Shown: positions 10,703 through 20,402 of the stretch, piece by piece | Layout: every line of letters starts with the position of its first letter | How positions within the stretch are numbered: position 1 is the first letter of the stretch | NCBI GenBank assembly: GCA_963810735.1 | Contig: CAWEOR010000003.1 | Location: 295,928 to 359,927, forward strand | From: an uncultured Solirubrobacteraceae bacterium | Lineage (GTDB): Bacteria; Actinomycetota; Thermoleophilia; Solirubrobacterales; Solirubrobacteraceae | DNA length: 64,000 bases | Direction: 5' to 3' | Program-made: the position numbers and the translations under genes | Notes under the pieces: generated by a model | Told to the model about the DNA's origin: nothing | What the model saw: the letters and a program-made list of their open reading frames with translations, nothing else | Databases searched by the model: none

Positions 10703-13450
10703 ATGAGCACGAGCCAGATCGCCGAACCGACGTTCGCTGAAGCCGCGGTGGTCGATGATGGCCTCAGGGGCGTGCTCGAGCTGGACATCGAGGGCATGTC
10801 GTGTGGCTCGTGCGCGGCGCGCGTGCAGCGCGCGCTGAGCCGCGAGCCGGGCGTCACCGACGCATTGGTGAATTACGCGACCGGGAGGGCCACGGTGGAG
10901 CTCGACCCGAGCGAGCTCGACGTCGATCGCCTCGTCGCCGCCGTGCAGCGCGCCGGCTACGACGCGTCGCCTGCCGCTCCTAGCGCCACCGAGCAGGCGC
11001 ACGTGTTCCAGGCGCTCGAAGCGAGCGAGGCGCGCGAGCAGGCGAGTCTCGTGCGGCGGATCGCTGTAGCGGTGCCGCTCGCCGTGACGATCGTGATCCT
11101 CACGTACGCGGCGCCGCATGACACCACCGCGCGGTGGCTGACGGCCGCGCTCGCGGTACCTGTGCAGTTCTGGTGCGGCCTGCCGTTCCTGCGCTCGGCC
11201 TGGAACCGGGCGCGCCTGCGGAGCACCAACATGGACACGCTGATCGCGCTGAGCACGCTCGCCAGCTTCGTCTACTCGACGGTAATGCTGTTGACCGCGA
11301 GCCCCGTGTACGAGAACGGCGTGCCGGTCGGCAAGTTCAACATGCCGCTCGACTACGACATGGGCGCGATCATCATCGCCGCGCTCTTGATCGCCCGCTG
11401 GTGCGAGGCCAAGGCGCGTGCGAGCTCGGGGCGTGCCGTGCGTGAGCTGGCGCAGCTCGGAGCCTCCCAGGCGCGGCTGGTCGACGCCGACGATCCACAG
11501 GCCGAGGATCGCCTGGTGCCCGTCGAGCAGGTGCGCCGGGGTGACGTGTTCCGCGTCCGTCCCGGCGACCGCGTCCCCGTCGACGGGATCGTCATCAGCG
11601 GCGCGTCGGCCGTCGATGAGTCGATGCTGACAGGCGAGTCGCTGCCGCTGGAGAAGGAGGCCGGGGCACTGCTGACCGGCGCGACGCTGAACGTGGACGG
11701 CGTGCTGCTGGCTCGCGCAACCGCCGTGGGCGCCGACACCGCGCTGTCGCATCTGGTGGCGTTGGTGGAGCGCGCACAGGCGTCCAAGCCGAGGATCCAG
11801 CGGCTCGCGGATGAGATCGCGCGAGTGTTCGTGCCGACCGTGCTCGTGCTCGCCGCGCTCACGGCGCTCGCGTGGGTGCTCACAGGCCAGGGCCTCGAGG
11901 GCATGTTCGCCTCGATGCACCTCGAGCGCGGCATTGACGCGACGGTCGCGGTGCTGATCGTGGCATGCCCGTGCGCGCTCGGTCTGGCGACGCCCGTCGC
12001 GCTGCTCGTTGGGACGGGGCGTGGAGCAAGCCTCGGACTGCTGATCCGCAGCGCAGACATCCTCGAGCGCAGCCAGCGCCTGGACACGATCGTCCTGGAC
12101 AAGACGGGCACGGTCACGATGGGCGAGCTCTCTGTGGCTGAGCTCTGGAGCGCGCAGCGCCCGTCCTGCGCGGACGGCGATCGACTGCTGTCGTTGGCCG
12201 CAGGTGTAGAGGTCAGCTCCGAGCACCCCGTGGCGCTCGCGATCGTCGCCAGCGCGCGTGATCGTGGCGTTCCCGTGGCCGAGGCCACCGGTTTCCGCTC
12301 GATCCCCGGCCAGGGCGCGTCCGCGAGCATCGAAGGCGAGAGCGTTTGGGTCGGGCGCCCGCCGCAGTCCGAGCGTCACGGCCGACTTGCGAGCGTGCTC
12401 GACGGCTGGGAGGCGAGCGGCCGCACGGCGGTCGTGGTCGAACGCGATGCGCAGATCATCGGCGCGATCGCGCTCGCCGACACGATCAAGCCGGAGGCCA
12501 GCAGCGCGATTGCCGGCCTGAAGCGCATGGGCATAGAAGTTCAACTGCTCACCGGCGACAACGAGCGAGCCGCTCACGCGGTTGCCTCGCAGGTGGGCAT
12601 CGAGCACGTTCTTGCAGGGGTCACTCCGAGCGGCAAGCTCGACGAGATCGCGCGTCTACAGAACGAGGGGCATCGCGTCGGCATGGTGGGCGACGGCGTC
12701 AACGACGCGGCCGCACTCGCCCAGGCCGACCTCGGGATCGCGATGGGGACCGGTGTGGGCGCGGCCATCGAGGCGGCGGACATCAGCGTGCTCTCCGGCG
12801 ATCTGCGGGGCGTGGCGCGGGCGCTCCGCCTCGCACGCGAGACCTACACGATCATCCTCCAGAACCTCGCGTGGGCGTTCGGCTACAACCTGATCGCGCT
12901 GCCACTGGCGATGACCGGCCTGTTGAGCCCCGCGCTGGCGGCTGTCGCGATGGGCGTGTCGAGCATCACGGTGGTCACGAACAGCCTACGCCTGCGGCGC
13001 TTCGGAGCGCCGGGGCGAGCGACCCGCGTGCGCAGCCGCCACCAGCGGCTTGCGAGCATCGCCACCGCCGCGCTGATCCCCTGCGTCCTGCTGGCCTCGC
13101 TCGTGCGGGTCGCCCCCGACTCCTTCGCCGTCCCTCGCACGGCGTCGGTCACGCTCGGCGAGCCGGCCGGAGAGACGCTCGAGATCTACGCCTTGCCGCT
13201 GCGTCCAGGCAACGTCAACCTGCACCTTTACCTAGAGAGCGCCGGCGGCGCGCGTCCGAGCTTCCGTTCGATCTCGATGCGCACGATCTCCCAGGGCGCC
13301 CAGCAGGCGAAAGTCAACTTCTACGTGGCGGGCACCGGCCACGACATCGCCGAAGTCCATCTCTCGCGCGGCGTTTGGGAGTTCCACGTAGCGGGCCGTG
13401 ACGGTGCCGGGCGGCCCCTTGGCGGCTCGTTTGCCATCCCCATCAACTGA
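10703..13450 (+). CDS. copA: Cu(I)-translocating P1B-1 ATPase with an extra C-terminal TM and soluble domain
   Basis: GMSCGSC metal-binding domain, TGES, CPC, DKTGT, SEHP, GDGVND, YN in TM7, MGVSS in TM8. Confidence 0.95.
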   Translation: MSTSQIAEPTFAEAAVVDDGLRGVLELDIEGMSCGSCAARVQRALSREPGVTDALVNYATGRATVELDPSELDVDRLVAAVQRAGYDASPAAPSATEQAHVFQALEASEAREQASLVRRIAVAVPLAVTIVILTYAAPHDTTARWLTAALAVPVQFWCGLPFLRSAWNRARLRSTNMDTLIALSTLASFVYSTVMLLTASPVYENGVPVGKFNMPLDYDMGAIIIAALLIARWCEAKARASSGRAVRELAQLGASQARLVDADDPQAEDRLVPVEQVRRGDVFRVRPGDRVPVDGIVISGASAVDESMLTGESLPLEKEAGALLTGATLNVDGVLLARATAVGADTALSHLVALVERAQASKPRIQRLADEIARVFVPTVLVLAALTALAWVLTGQGLEGMFASMHLERGIDATVAVLIVACPCALGLATPVALLVGTGRGASLGLLIRSADILERSQRLDTIVLDKTGTVTMGELSVAELWSAQRPSCADGDRLLSLAAGVEVSSEHPVALAIVASARDRGVPVAEATGFRSIPGQGASASIEGESVWVGRPPQSERHGRLASVLDGWEASGRTAVVVERDAQIIGAIALADTIKPEASSAIAGLKRMGIEVQLLTGDNERAAHAVASQVGIEHVLAGVTPSGKLDEIARLQNEGHRVGMVGDGVNDAAALAQADLGIAMGTGVGAAIEAADISVLSGDLRGVARALRLARETYTIILQNLAWAFGYNLIALPLAMTGLLSPALAAVAMGVSSITVVTNSLRLRRFGAPGRATRVRSRHQRLASIATAALIPCVLLASLVRVAPDSFAVPRTASVTLGEPAGETLEIYALPLRPGNVNLHLYLESAGGARPSFRSISMRTISQGAQQAKVNFYVAGTGHDIAEVHLSRGVWEFHVAGRDGAGRPLGGSFAIPIN

Positions 13451-13477
13451 GCCCCGCCCGCGCCGTCCAGGTTGCTG

Positions 13478-13897
13478 TCAGCCAGCGGTCAGTTCGGGGA
13501 CTTCATTCAAACGCCACTCCCCCGCCGTGTAGACCGCTACTTCGGGGCGCGCACCGTCGTAGACGACAGCTTGCGATCGCGACATCACGATCCGCGTCGC
13601 GGAGGTGATCTTTGACAGGCGGACCTTTTCGGCCCAGCGTTCCACGCGTGAGGAGTAACAGCCCCTGCTCGCCGCCTCGACTCGATCGCGCAGCCGCTCG
13701 TCCATGTAGGACATGCAGATGTCCGGCCAGTTGCCGGCACTCGCGTCGATCCCGATCGACCTGTACATGTCCCGCACGCCGGCGACGTCCCGAGGGGAGC
13801 TCGCCGTACTGCATCCGGTGATCGCCAGCGCTGTGCAGCAGAGTGCCACCGGCCATAGGCGGCGTGACGAGCGTCCGGACTGTGCCCTACATCGCAA
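13478..13897 (-). CDS. Putative lipoprotein
   Basis: Lipobox-like LAITGC; a Cys pair in the mature part; exact start uncertain. Confidence 0.6.
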   Translation of the reverse strand: MRCRAQSGRSSRRLWPVALCCTALAITGCSTASSPRDVAGVRDMYRSIGIDASAGNWPDICMSYMDERLRDRVEAASRGCYSSRVERWAEKVRLSKITSATRIVMSRSQAVVYDGARPEVAVYTAGEWRLNEVPELTAG

Positions 13898-14567
13898 GCT
13901 GCATGGCGGCGAACATGTATGCCATGCCGAGCGTCATGGCGGCCATCGAGACGCGCAGGTCGCGGAAGCAGACCAACGGCTCGGCGGCACTGATCGCGAC
14001 TGCGCCGCCCGGCGTGATCGACATGCCGCCGCCCCCGATCGCTCTGTGGTCGATCGAGCGCATCCGATCGCTCGCCCACATCGCCGATTGCCACACGAAG
14101 TAGGCCACGAGAAGCCATGTGACCGGCGCCTGAAAACCGCTGGGCGACCACATGTACGCCATCGCCCCGAGATCGACCGCCATCACCAGCCACAGCACGT
14201 TGATCGCGCGGCCGGCCATCGCCTGCGCGAGCATCCACGCGACGACCGCGAGCGCGCCGTTGGCGAACGCCAGCTGCCAGAAGCCGCTCGGGATGTTGAA
14301 GTAATCGAGCGAAGCGGGCGCAAACATGAAGGCCATACCGAGCGCCATCGCCACGTGGCCGGAGTGCCACACGCGCCGCTGCCCATTGCTGTCGAGCACA
14401 TGGCGGGCGTGGATGACGACGATGGCGATGAACGCTAGCGTCCAGATCACCGCCAGCCACGAGGGAAGGATGTTGGTGCCGTGGCCCCCGGCGCCCATGC
14501 TCATACCGCCGATCGACATGGACATGTGGCTCGTGCCGCCTGCGTGACTCATGCTCATGCTGCCCAT
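13887..14567 (-). CDS. DUF5134-like membrane protein with a Met/His-rich N-terminus
   Basis: MGSMSMSHAGGTSHMSMS; repeated HVAMALGMAFMF / LGAMAYM / MTLGMAYMF. Confidence 0.75.
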   Translation of the reverse strand: MGSMSMSHAGGTSHMSMSIGGMSMGAGGHGTNILPSWLAVIWTLAFIAIVVIHARHVLDSNGQRRVWHSGHVAMALGMAFMFAPASLDYFNIPSGFWQLAFANGALAVVAWMLAQAMAGRAINVLWLVMAVDLGAMAYMWSPSGFQAPVTWLLVAYFVWQSAMWASDRMRSIDHRAIGGGGMSITPGGAVAISAAEPLVCFRDLRVSMAAMTLGMAYMFAAMQLAM

Positions 14568-14703
14568 CGCCGCGCGAGCGTAGCAAATGCACACGCTCAG
14601 AGCGACAGGCTCCGCCGGCATGCAACCGAGGCGTGGGGCCCCAAGCATGACCGCTGCCTGCTGCGTCGTGCTTGCGACGAATTGGCGTAGCATGCGGGAG
14701 GCG

Positions 14704-15063
14704 ATGGGCAAGCAGCTTCGCGTCCTCCCTGCGCACGAGACCCGGCGCTCGCGGTGTCCGCTGCTCGCGGCGGCGCTCGCGACCGTCACGGTGCTCTGCA
14801 TCTGGGCCGATGGATCGTTCGCGAACGGTGCGCTGATGATGCTGCCGGCGCTCGTGCTGGCGTTGATCATGCTCACCCGGCCCTACATCGGGGAGCGGGT
14901 GATCGCGCGCCTGCGCATACGTCGCAGCACCCGCCGCCGGGCGCCGGCGGCGTCCACACGCACCGGCATGCGCTTTGCCCCGGTGGCCGTGAGCGGTGGG
15001 CGCCTGATCGCCGCGGCGCTGGCCGGTCGCGCGCCGCCTGTGGCCTTCGCGGACCGCCGCTAG
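14704..15063 (+). CDS. Small two-TM protein ending in LAGRAPP (candidate ribosome-arrest leader)
   Basis: GGGAGG before the ATG; two hydrophobic segments; RAPP at 15028-15039, followed by 7 residues and the stop. Confidence 0.7.
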   Translation: MGKQLRVLPAHETRRSRCPLLAAALATVTVLCIWADGSFANGALMMLPALVLALIMLTRPYIGERVIARLRIRRSTRRRAPAASTRTGMRFAPVAVSGGRLIAAALAGRAPPVAFADRR

Positions 15064-15176
15064 CTTCCGAGCTGGGCGTCGCCCACTCCACCCGGGCCCC
15101 ACCACACGGGGCGAACTTTTCGACGCCCGCGGCCATTGGCCCAATGCGTCGTCAGCGATCAAGGGAGTCGCCGACC

Positions 15177-16208
15177 ATGGAGAACCCAGAGGCTCACAGC
15201 CAGCCACGCGCACTCGAGCATACGCGGGGGAGCTTTCCGCGCGCGAGCCGTCCGCTCGTGACGGCACGCGGGATTCAGATCGCGCTCGGCGCGATCTGGC
15301 TCCTTGACGGGCTCTTCCAGTTCAAGAGCTTCATGTACACGCACGGCATCATCAGCGAAGTGTTCGCGCCGGCGGCGAAGGGCCAGCCGTCGTTCATCGG
15401 CGGCCCGATGAACACGTTCGACGACTTCTACGGACGCGACCTCACGCTGTGGAACACGCTAGCCGGCGAGATCCAGGTCGCGATCGGCCTCGGGCTGATC
15501 GTCAGCCGCAAGACGGTCAAGCCCGCGCTGCTCGCCTCCTTCGCGTGGGCGCTCGTCGTGTGGTGGTTCGGTGAGGGCTTCGGCGGTCTAACGTCGAACA
15601 CGCTGCCGGCGCCATTGATGGGAGCGCCGGGAGCGGTGATCCTGTACGCGATCGTCGGCGGGCTCGTGTGGCCAACCCAGCCCGGCGCGCGCAGTCGCGG
15701 CAGACGCTCGCCGGCGGACGGCGGCCTGCTGGGCGAACGCGGCGGCCTTGCGGTCTGGTCGGCCCTGTGGGCACTCTCGGCGGGACTCTGGCTCGTGAAC
15801 GTCAATCGCGCCAAGGACGCGACCTCGGAAATGATCAAGTCGATGGCCGAAGCCTCGCCACACTGGCTCGCCAGCGTGCAGAACTGGGCTGTCCACCACA
15901 CCCAGGGCCACGGCACGACGATCGCCGTCGTGCTGGCCATCGTCTCGCTCGTGCTCGCCGTCGGCGTGTGGACGCCGTTGCGCTGGCCCGCGCTGTGGAT
16001 CGGGATCGTGCTCTCGCTGGCCTACTGGCTGTTCGGTCAGAGCCTGGGCGGCCCGTTCTGGGCCGAAGGCGCAACCGATGTGAACGCCGCGCCGCTGTTC
16101 GTGCTGCTCGCCGCGTCGTTGTTCCCGGTCCTCCAGCCCGCGAGCGAGCCCACGAGCATTCCCGCCCAAGAGCCTGTCGCTCCTGCGCCAGGGGTCACCA
16201 CGGCGTGA
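15177..16208 (+). CDS. Integral membrane protein with internal duplication (two DoxX-like halves)
   Basis: SD AAGGGAG. PALLASFAWALVVWWFGEGFGG is mirrored by PALWIGIVLSLAYWLFGQSLGG. Confidence 0.75.
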   Translation: MENPEAHSQPRALEHTRGSFPRASRPLVTARGIQIALGAIWLLDGLFQFKSFMYTHGIISEVFAPAAKGQPSFIGGPMNTFDDFYGRDLTLWNTLAGEIQVAIGLGLIVSRKTVKPALLASFAWALVVWWFGEGFGGLTSNTLPAPLMGAPGAVILYAIVGGLVWPTQPGARSRGRRSPADGGLLGERGGLAVWSALWALSAGLWLVNVNRAKDATSEMIKSMAEASPHWLASVQNWAVHHTQGHGTTIAVVLAIVSLVLAVGVWTPLRWPALWIGIVLSLAYWLFGQSLGGPFWAEGATDVNAAPLFVLLAASLFPVLQPASEPTSIPAQEPVAPAPGVTTA

Positions 16209-16234
16209 GCGCGAGAAAGCCCGGTCGCGTGCTG

Positions 16235-16453
16235 CTAGAGCGGCGCGGAGAGGCTGTAACCGGCCGTCGCCACCGCCGCCCGCACGGCCTCTGCGTCGAC
16301 GTCGCTGCCCTGCACCATCAGCTCGCCGGTGGCGAGATCGACGGCGACGTCGCTGACGCCCGCGACCTGGCCGACCTCTTCGGTGACCGCGGCCACGCAG
16401 TGCTCGCAGCTCATGCCGGTCACGTTGAAGGTCTGGCTGTCCACTTGGCTCAT
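16235..16453 (-). CDS. copZ: Copper chaperone (HMA domain)
   Basis: VTGMSCEHCV ... AVATAGY, 72 aa. Confidence 0.92.
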   Translation of the reverse strand: MSQVDSQTFNVTGMSCEHCVAAVTEEVGQVAGVSDVAVDLATGELMVQGSDVDAEAVRAAVATAGYSLSAPL

Positions 16454-16536
16454 GGGGATCGATGCCAATCTAGCGCGCGACCGTCGGCCGCGGTGCGACG
16501 CGCGCGAGCCGACCCAGCCGCTACGCTGGGGCCGAT

Positions 16537-16752
16537 ATGTGCGCCGGATGTGCGATGGCAGCCGCATCGGCCGCGAGCGGCTTCAGGACATGGATGCAAA
16601 GCCAGAACATCCCCTGGCTCACGCCGCGGCGGATGCGGCGGATGACGATCGCTGCCATGTGCGCGGCCGGCGTCGTCTCCACGATCGGCTTTTCAGGCTC
16701 GACGCCGCCGACACATAGCGCACCACCCGCCCATCAGCGCACAGCCCACTGA
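16537..16752 (+). CDS. Small CxxC membrane peptide (MCAGC...)
   Basis: N-terminal CxxC, one hydrophobic segment, His-containing tail; TACGCT -10 lies 9 nt upstream; divergent from copZ. Confidence 0.6.
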   Translation: MCAGCAMAAASAASGFRTWMQSQNIPWLTPRRMRRMTIAAMCAAGVVSTIGFSGSTPPTHSAPPAHQRTAH

Positions 16753-16772
16753 GCGAGGCACCGCAGGATCCG

Positions 16773-17491
16773 GTGCCCGTGCCGGCCGCGAGCGCCGCGG
16801 CCGCGACCTGGATCATCGACGGGGTGCGCGACTTCGACTACACGGTCGCCTCGCTCGTGCCAGTCGGCTTCGAGGCCTACGCGCGCGTGTTTCACCCGGC
16901 GGGACGCCATCACGGGCACGAGCTGGCCGAGGTGCGCTGGGCCGAGGTCGCGCGCGCCCACGGGCGGGTGATGCACCCGCTCGCCGAGTGGGGGTCGCTG
17001 ACGGGAACGTGGAGCAAGACCGATCCTGACCGTCACCGCATCTGGGAGGAGGCACCGAGCACCGGGCGCCCGCCAACTCGACTCATCCGCAACCTCGCGA
17101 CAGTGCTCGCGCCATACACGCAAACGCCCGATGACTGCAGCTTCGCCGTGTGGCAGGCTGGGGAGGTATCGAGGAGCGCCTGGCCGGTGCAGCCCGCTTC
17201 ACGCTCCCGCAGCGACCGATGCTGCTACTCCGCGGTCCACTGAACGCAGCGGGCGCCGTGGACCGATGGGGCGAGCCGCCGAACGTCTGGTGGCCGGAGG
17301 ACCGGGCCTGGTGCGTCGCCAGCGAGATCGACCTGATGAGCACCTACGTCGGCGGCTCGGCGAGCTGCGTCGCGGCGCTCCTCGCCGACGAGGACATCGA
17401 GGCCCTGCCCGTGTCCGTCGACCAGCGCGTGACCTGGGACGCCGACACGATCAACCCCCTGCCGGCCCCCCCGGGCAGCGGCTCCGTATAA
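16773..17491 (+). CDS. Conserved actinobacterial hypothetical protein; frameshift near 17160
   Basis: VPVGFEAYARVFHPA in one frame; PNVWWPEDRAWCVASEID..STYVGG in the next. Confidence 0.65.
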
Positions 17492-17516
17492 GAAGGACGC
17501 TCGCCCCAGCGAGCTG

Positions 17517-17792
17517 CTACCCCCCGGCGACGGCGGGCAGGATCGTCAGCTCCGCGCCGTCGCTGACCGGCGTGGCGAGCCCGTCGAGGAAGCGGATGTC
17601 TTCTCCGGCGATGTACACGTTCACGAAGCGTCGCAGCGACCCGTCGTCGTCGGCGATGCGCGCGCGCAGCTCCTGGTGGCGCTCGAACAGCCCGTCGAGC
17701 ACCTCGCGTACGGTTGCACCGTCGAGCTGCGCTTCTGCCTCGCCGCCCGCGGCGGCGCGCAGCTGTGTGGGGATCTTGACGAGCACCGTCAT
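17517..17792 (-). CDS. MoaD/ThiS/CysO-type ubiquitin-like sulfur carrier
   Basis: IPTQLR, RFVNVY, C-terminal PAVAGG; TGATG overlap with the thrC-like gene. Confidence 0.92.
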   Translation of the reverse strand: MTVLVKIPTQLRAAAGGEAEAQLDGATVREVLDGLFERHQELRARIADDDGSLRRFVNVYIAGEDIRFLDGLATPVSDGAELTILPAVAGG

Positions 17793-19084
17793 CAGACGAC
17801 CGTCGTGGAGGCCACGCCCGCCTCGAAGGCCTTGAGCGTCGGCTCGATCGTGCACGTCTCGAACGTGCCCCGCACGGCGTCCAGCGTCTTCAGTCCCTCA
17901 CCGGTGATCACCAGCACCACACGCTCGTCCGGATCGATCTCGCCACGCGCCGCCAGCTTGGCGAGCACGGCTGTGGTGACGCCGCCGGCCGTCTCGGTGA
18001 AGACGCCGGTCGTCTGTGCGAGCAGCCTGATGCCGGCACGGATCTCCTCGTCGCTGACGGCCTCCACCGAGCCGCCGCTGCGTCGGGCCAGCTCGAGCGC
18101 GTAGGGGCCATCGGCGGGGTTGCCGATCGCCAGCGACTTGGCGATCGTGTTCGGCTTGACCGGCCTGCACACGTCGTGGCCGTCGGCGAACGCGCTGGCC
18201 ACCGGCGCGCAGCCCTCGGCCTGGGCGCCGTGCATGCGCGGCTGTGGGCGGGAGGGGTCCCCTACGAGCCCCAGCTCGCTCCACTCCTGGAAGCCGACGG
18301 CGATTTTGGTGAACAGCGAGCCGGAGGCGACCGGCACCACGCAGCGGTCGGGCAGCTCCCAGCCGAGCTGCTCGGCGATCTCGAACGCCAGCGTCTTGGA
18401 GCCCTCGGCGTAGTAGGGGCGCAGGTTGATGTTCACGAACGCCCACTCACGCTCCGCGCACAGCTCGGTGCACAGGCGGTTGACGTCGTCGTAGCTGCCT
18501 TCCACACCCACCAGATGCGTGCCGTACACGCCGGTGGCGAGCACCTTCTGCTCCTCGAGGTCGGCGGGGATGAACACGTAGGACTCCAGCCCCAGCGCCG
18601 CGCCGTGAGCCGCGACGGAGTTAGCGAGGTTGCCCGTCGACGCGCACGCGATCGTCTCGAAGCCGAGCTCGCGGGCGCGGGCGACGGCCACGGAAACGAC
18701 GCGATCCTTGAACGAGTGGGTGGGGTTGGCGGCGTCGTTCTTGACCCAGACCTCGCGCAGCCCCAGCTCGGCCGCGAGCCTGTCCGCGCGGATCAGCGGC
18801 GTGCAGCCCGCCGGCAGTCCCACGCGCGTGGCGCCGCCACCTGAGGGCCCGGGAGGGCCGCCCGGGGCACCGCGGCCGTAGGCCGTGGTCGGCAGGAAGT
18901 CGGCGTAGCGCCAGATGTTCTGCGGGCCGCCCTGGATGCGCCGGCGCAGCTCGCCGACGTCGCCGCCCGTGCGGCTGTGATCGTAGGCGACCTCCAACGG
19001 CCCGAAGCAGCGCTCGCACACGTACAACGCCTCGAGCGGGTACTGCGTCCCGCACTCCTTGCACTGAAGATGACTCACAGCCAT
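17792..19084 (-). CDS. thrC: Threonine synthase-like PLP enzyme (fold type II)
   Basis: N-terminal CxxC..CxxC, NPTHSFKDR (PLP Lys), ASTGN, EGSKT, ITGEGLKT. Confidence 0.88.
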   Translation of the reverse strand: MAVSHLQCKECGTQYPLEALYVCERCFGPLEVAYDHSRTGGDVGELRRRIQGGPQNIWRYADFLPTTAYGRGAPGGPPGPSGGGATRVGLPAGCTPLIRADRLAAELGLREVWVKNDAANPTHSFKDRVVSVAVARARELGFETIACASTGNLANSVAAHGAALGLESYVFIPADLEEQKVLATGVYGTHLVGVEGSYDDVNRLCTELCAEREWAFVNINLRPYYAEGSKTLAFEIAEQLGWELPDRCVVPVASGSLFTKIAVGFQEWSELGLVGDPSRPQPRMHGAQAEGCAPVASAFADGHDVCRPVKPNTIAKSLAIGNPADGPYALELARRSGGSVEAVSDEEIRAGIRLLAQTTGVFTETAGGVTTAVLAKLAARGEIDPDERVVLVITGEGLKTLDAVRGTFETCTIEPTLKAFEAGVASTTVV

Positions 19085-19145
19085 TTGGGCTCCTTCGCTC
19101 TGGTCTTCGCCTTGTCACGTGTGGCGAAGAGCGCGAAGCCCGGCC

Positions 19146-19239
19146 ACACATCACCTGGAATTGGCACCGTTCCCGCCTGTGACTTGGCGGTGGTTGCCGG
19201 GGTTTCGCAGGGCCAGGCCCTCCACCCCTCTCGATGTGT
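19146..19239 (-). ncRNA. SAM-I (S-box) riboswitch, apparently lacking P4
   Basis: Minus strand: ACACATCGAGAGGGGTGGAGGGCCTGGCCCTGCGAAACCCCGGCAACC...GGTGCCAATTCCAGGTGATGTGT; P1 is ACACATC/GATGTGT. Confidence 0.9.
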
Positions 19240-19349
19240 CCATCTGTAGTTCGGCAGTCTAGCAACCATATCGGCGAACGCAACGTGCGCCGTGAACGGG
19301 CGTGGACACCGGTGGGTAACGTCGTCGGGCGCCCGGTGTAGGCCAAGCC

Positions 19350-20345
19350 GTGAGCACTTCCACGCGCACGCAGGACGAGCTTACCGGCCAGGCTGGCGAG
19401 CCCTTCCGCTTCGCCTCGCCTGCCAGCCGGCGGCGGATGCTGATCATCGTCAACCCGTACGCCACGACCGTCTCCGACCGCCTGCGCCACCTTGTGGTCT
19501 ACGCCCTGCAGGGTCGCTTCGAGGTCGACGCGGTGGACACAGAGGCGCGCGGCCACGCCACCGAGCTGTGCCGCGAGGCGGCTCATGAGGGCTACGACGT
19601 GGTGGTGGCCTTCGGCGGCGACGGCACCGTCAACGAAGCGGCCAACGGGCTGCTCGGCTCCCCCACTCCCCTGTGCTGCCTGCCGGGCGGCTCGGCCAAC
19701 GTGTTCGGGAAGATGCTCGGCATTCCCGGCGACGTGGTCGACGCCACCGAGCACCTGCTGGCGATGGCCGACGACTGGCGCCCGCGCAAGGTCGACGTGG
19801 GGATGGTCAACGGGCGCTGCTTCACCTTCGCGTCCGGTCTCGGGCTCGACGCGAGCGTGGTCGAGCGCGTCGACGCCAACCCGGGCATGAAGGCGCGCTT
19901 CGGCCCTTACTTCTTCACGTGGATGGCCATCCGCACGTTCCTGCGCCGCTATCTGGTGAGCCCGCCGCGGCTCGAGCTGCAGGCCGCCGGCGAGCGCTTC
20001 GCGGGCGTCACCGCGATCGTGCAGAACGGGGCGCCGTTCACCTACTTCCAGGACCGTCCGATCGAGCTGGTCGGCGGGGCGACGCTCGACTCGGGCGCGC
20101 TCGCGAGCGGCGTGCTGCACAGCGCGACGCTGCTGTCGATGCCGTTCATCGCCTGGCGCGCGTTCTCGCCGCGCGCCAGCGTGGCGGGTCACCGGCGGGT
20201 GACCGGGCTGCGCGACCTGCACGAGCTGGTGGTGCGCAGCGTCGGCGAGCAGCCGCTGCCGCTGCAGGTCGACGGTGACTACCTGGGCGAGGTCACCGAG
20301 GCGCGCTACTCGGTCCTGCCGGGGGCGCTGAGCATCATCTCTTAG
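19350..20345 (+). CDS. Diacylglycerol/lipid kinase family protein
   Basis: IVNP, GGDGTVNE, LPGGSANV, LQVDGD. Confidence 0.92.
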   Translation: MSTSTRTQDELTGQAGEPFRFASPASRRRMLIIVNPYATTVSDRLRHLVVYALQGRFEVDAVDTEARGHATELCREAAHEGYDVVVAFGGDGTVNEAANGLLGSPTPLCCLPGGSANVFGKMLGIPGDVVDATEHLLAMADDWRPRKVDVGMVNGRCFTFASGLGLDASVVERVDANPGMKARFGPYFFTWMAIRTFLRRYLVSPPRLELQAAGERFAGVTAIVQNGAPFTYFQDRPIELVGGATLDSGALASGVLHSATLLSMPFIAWRAFSPRASVAGHRRVTGLRDLHELVVRSVGEQPLPLQVDGDYLGEVTEARYSVLPGALSIIS

Positions 20346-20402
20346 CGGGGGCCGCGCGGGGCCGTCCCAGGACGGTGACAGACGCGAGAAGATTGCGCCA
20401 TG

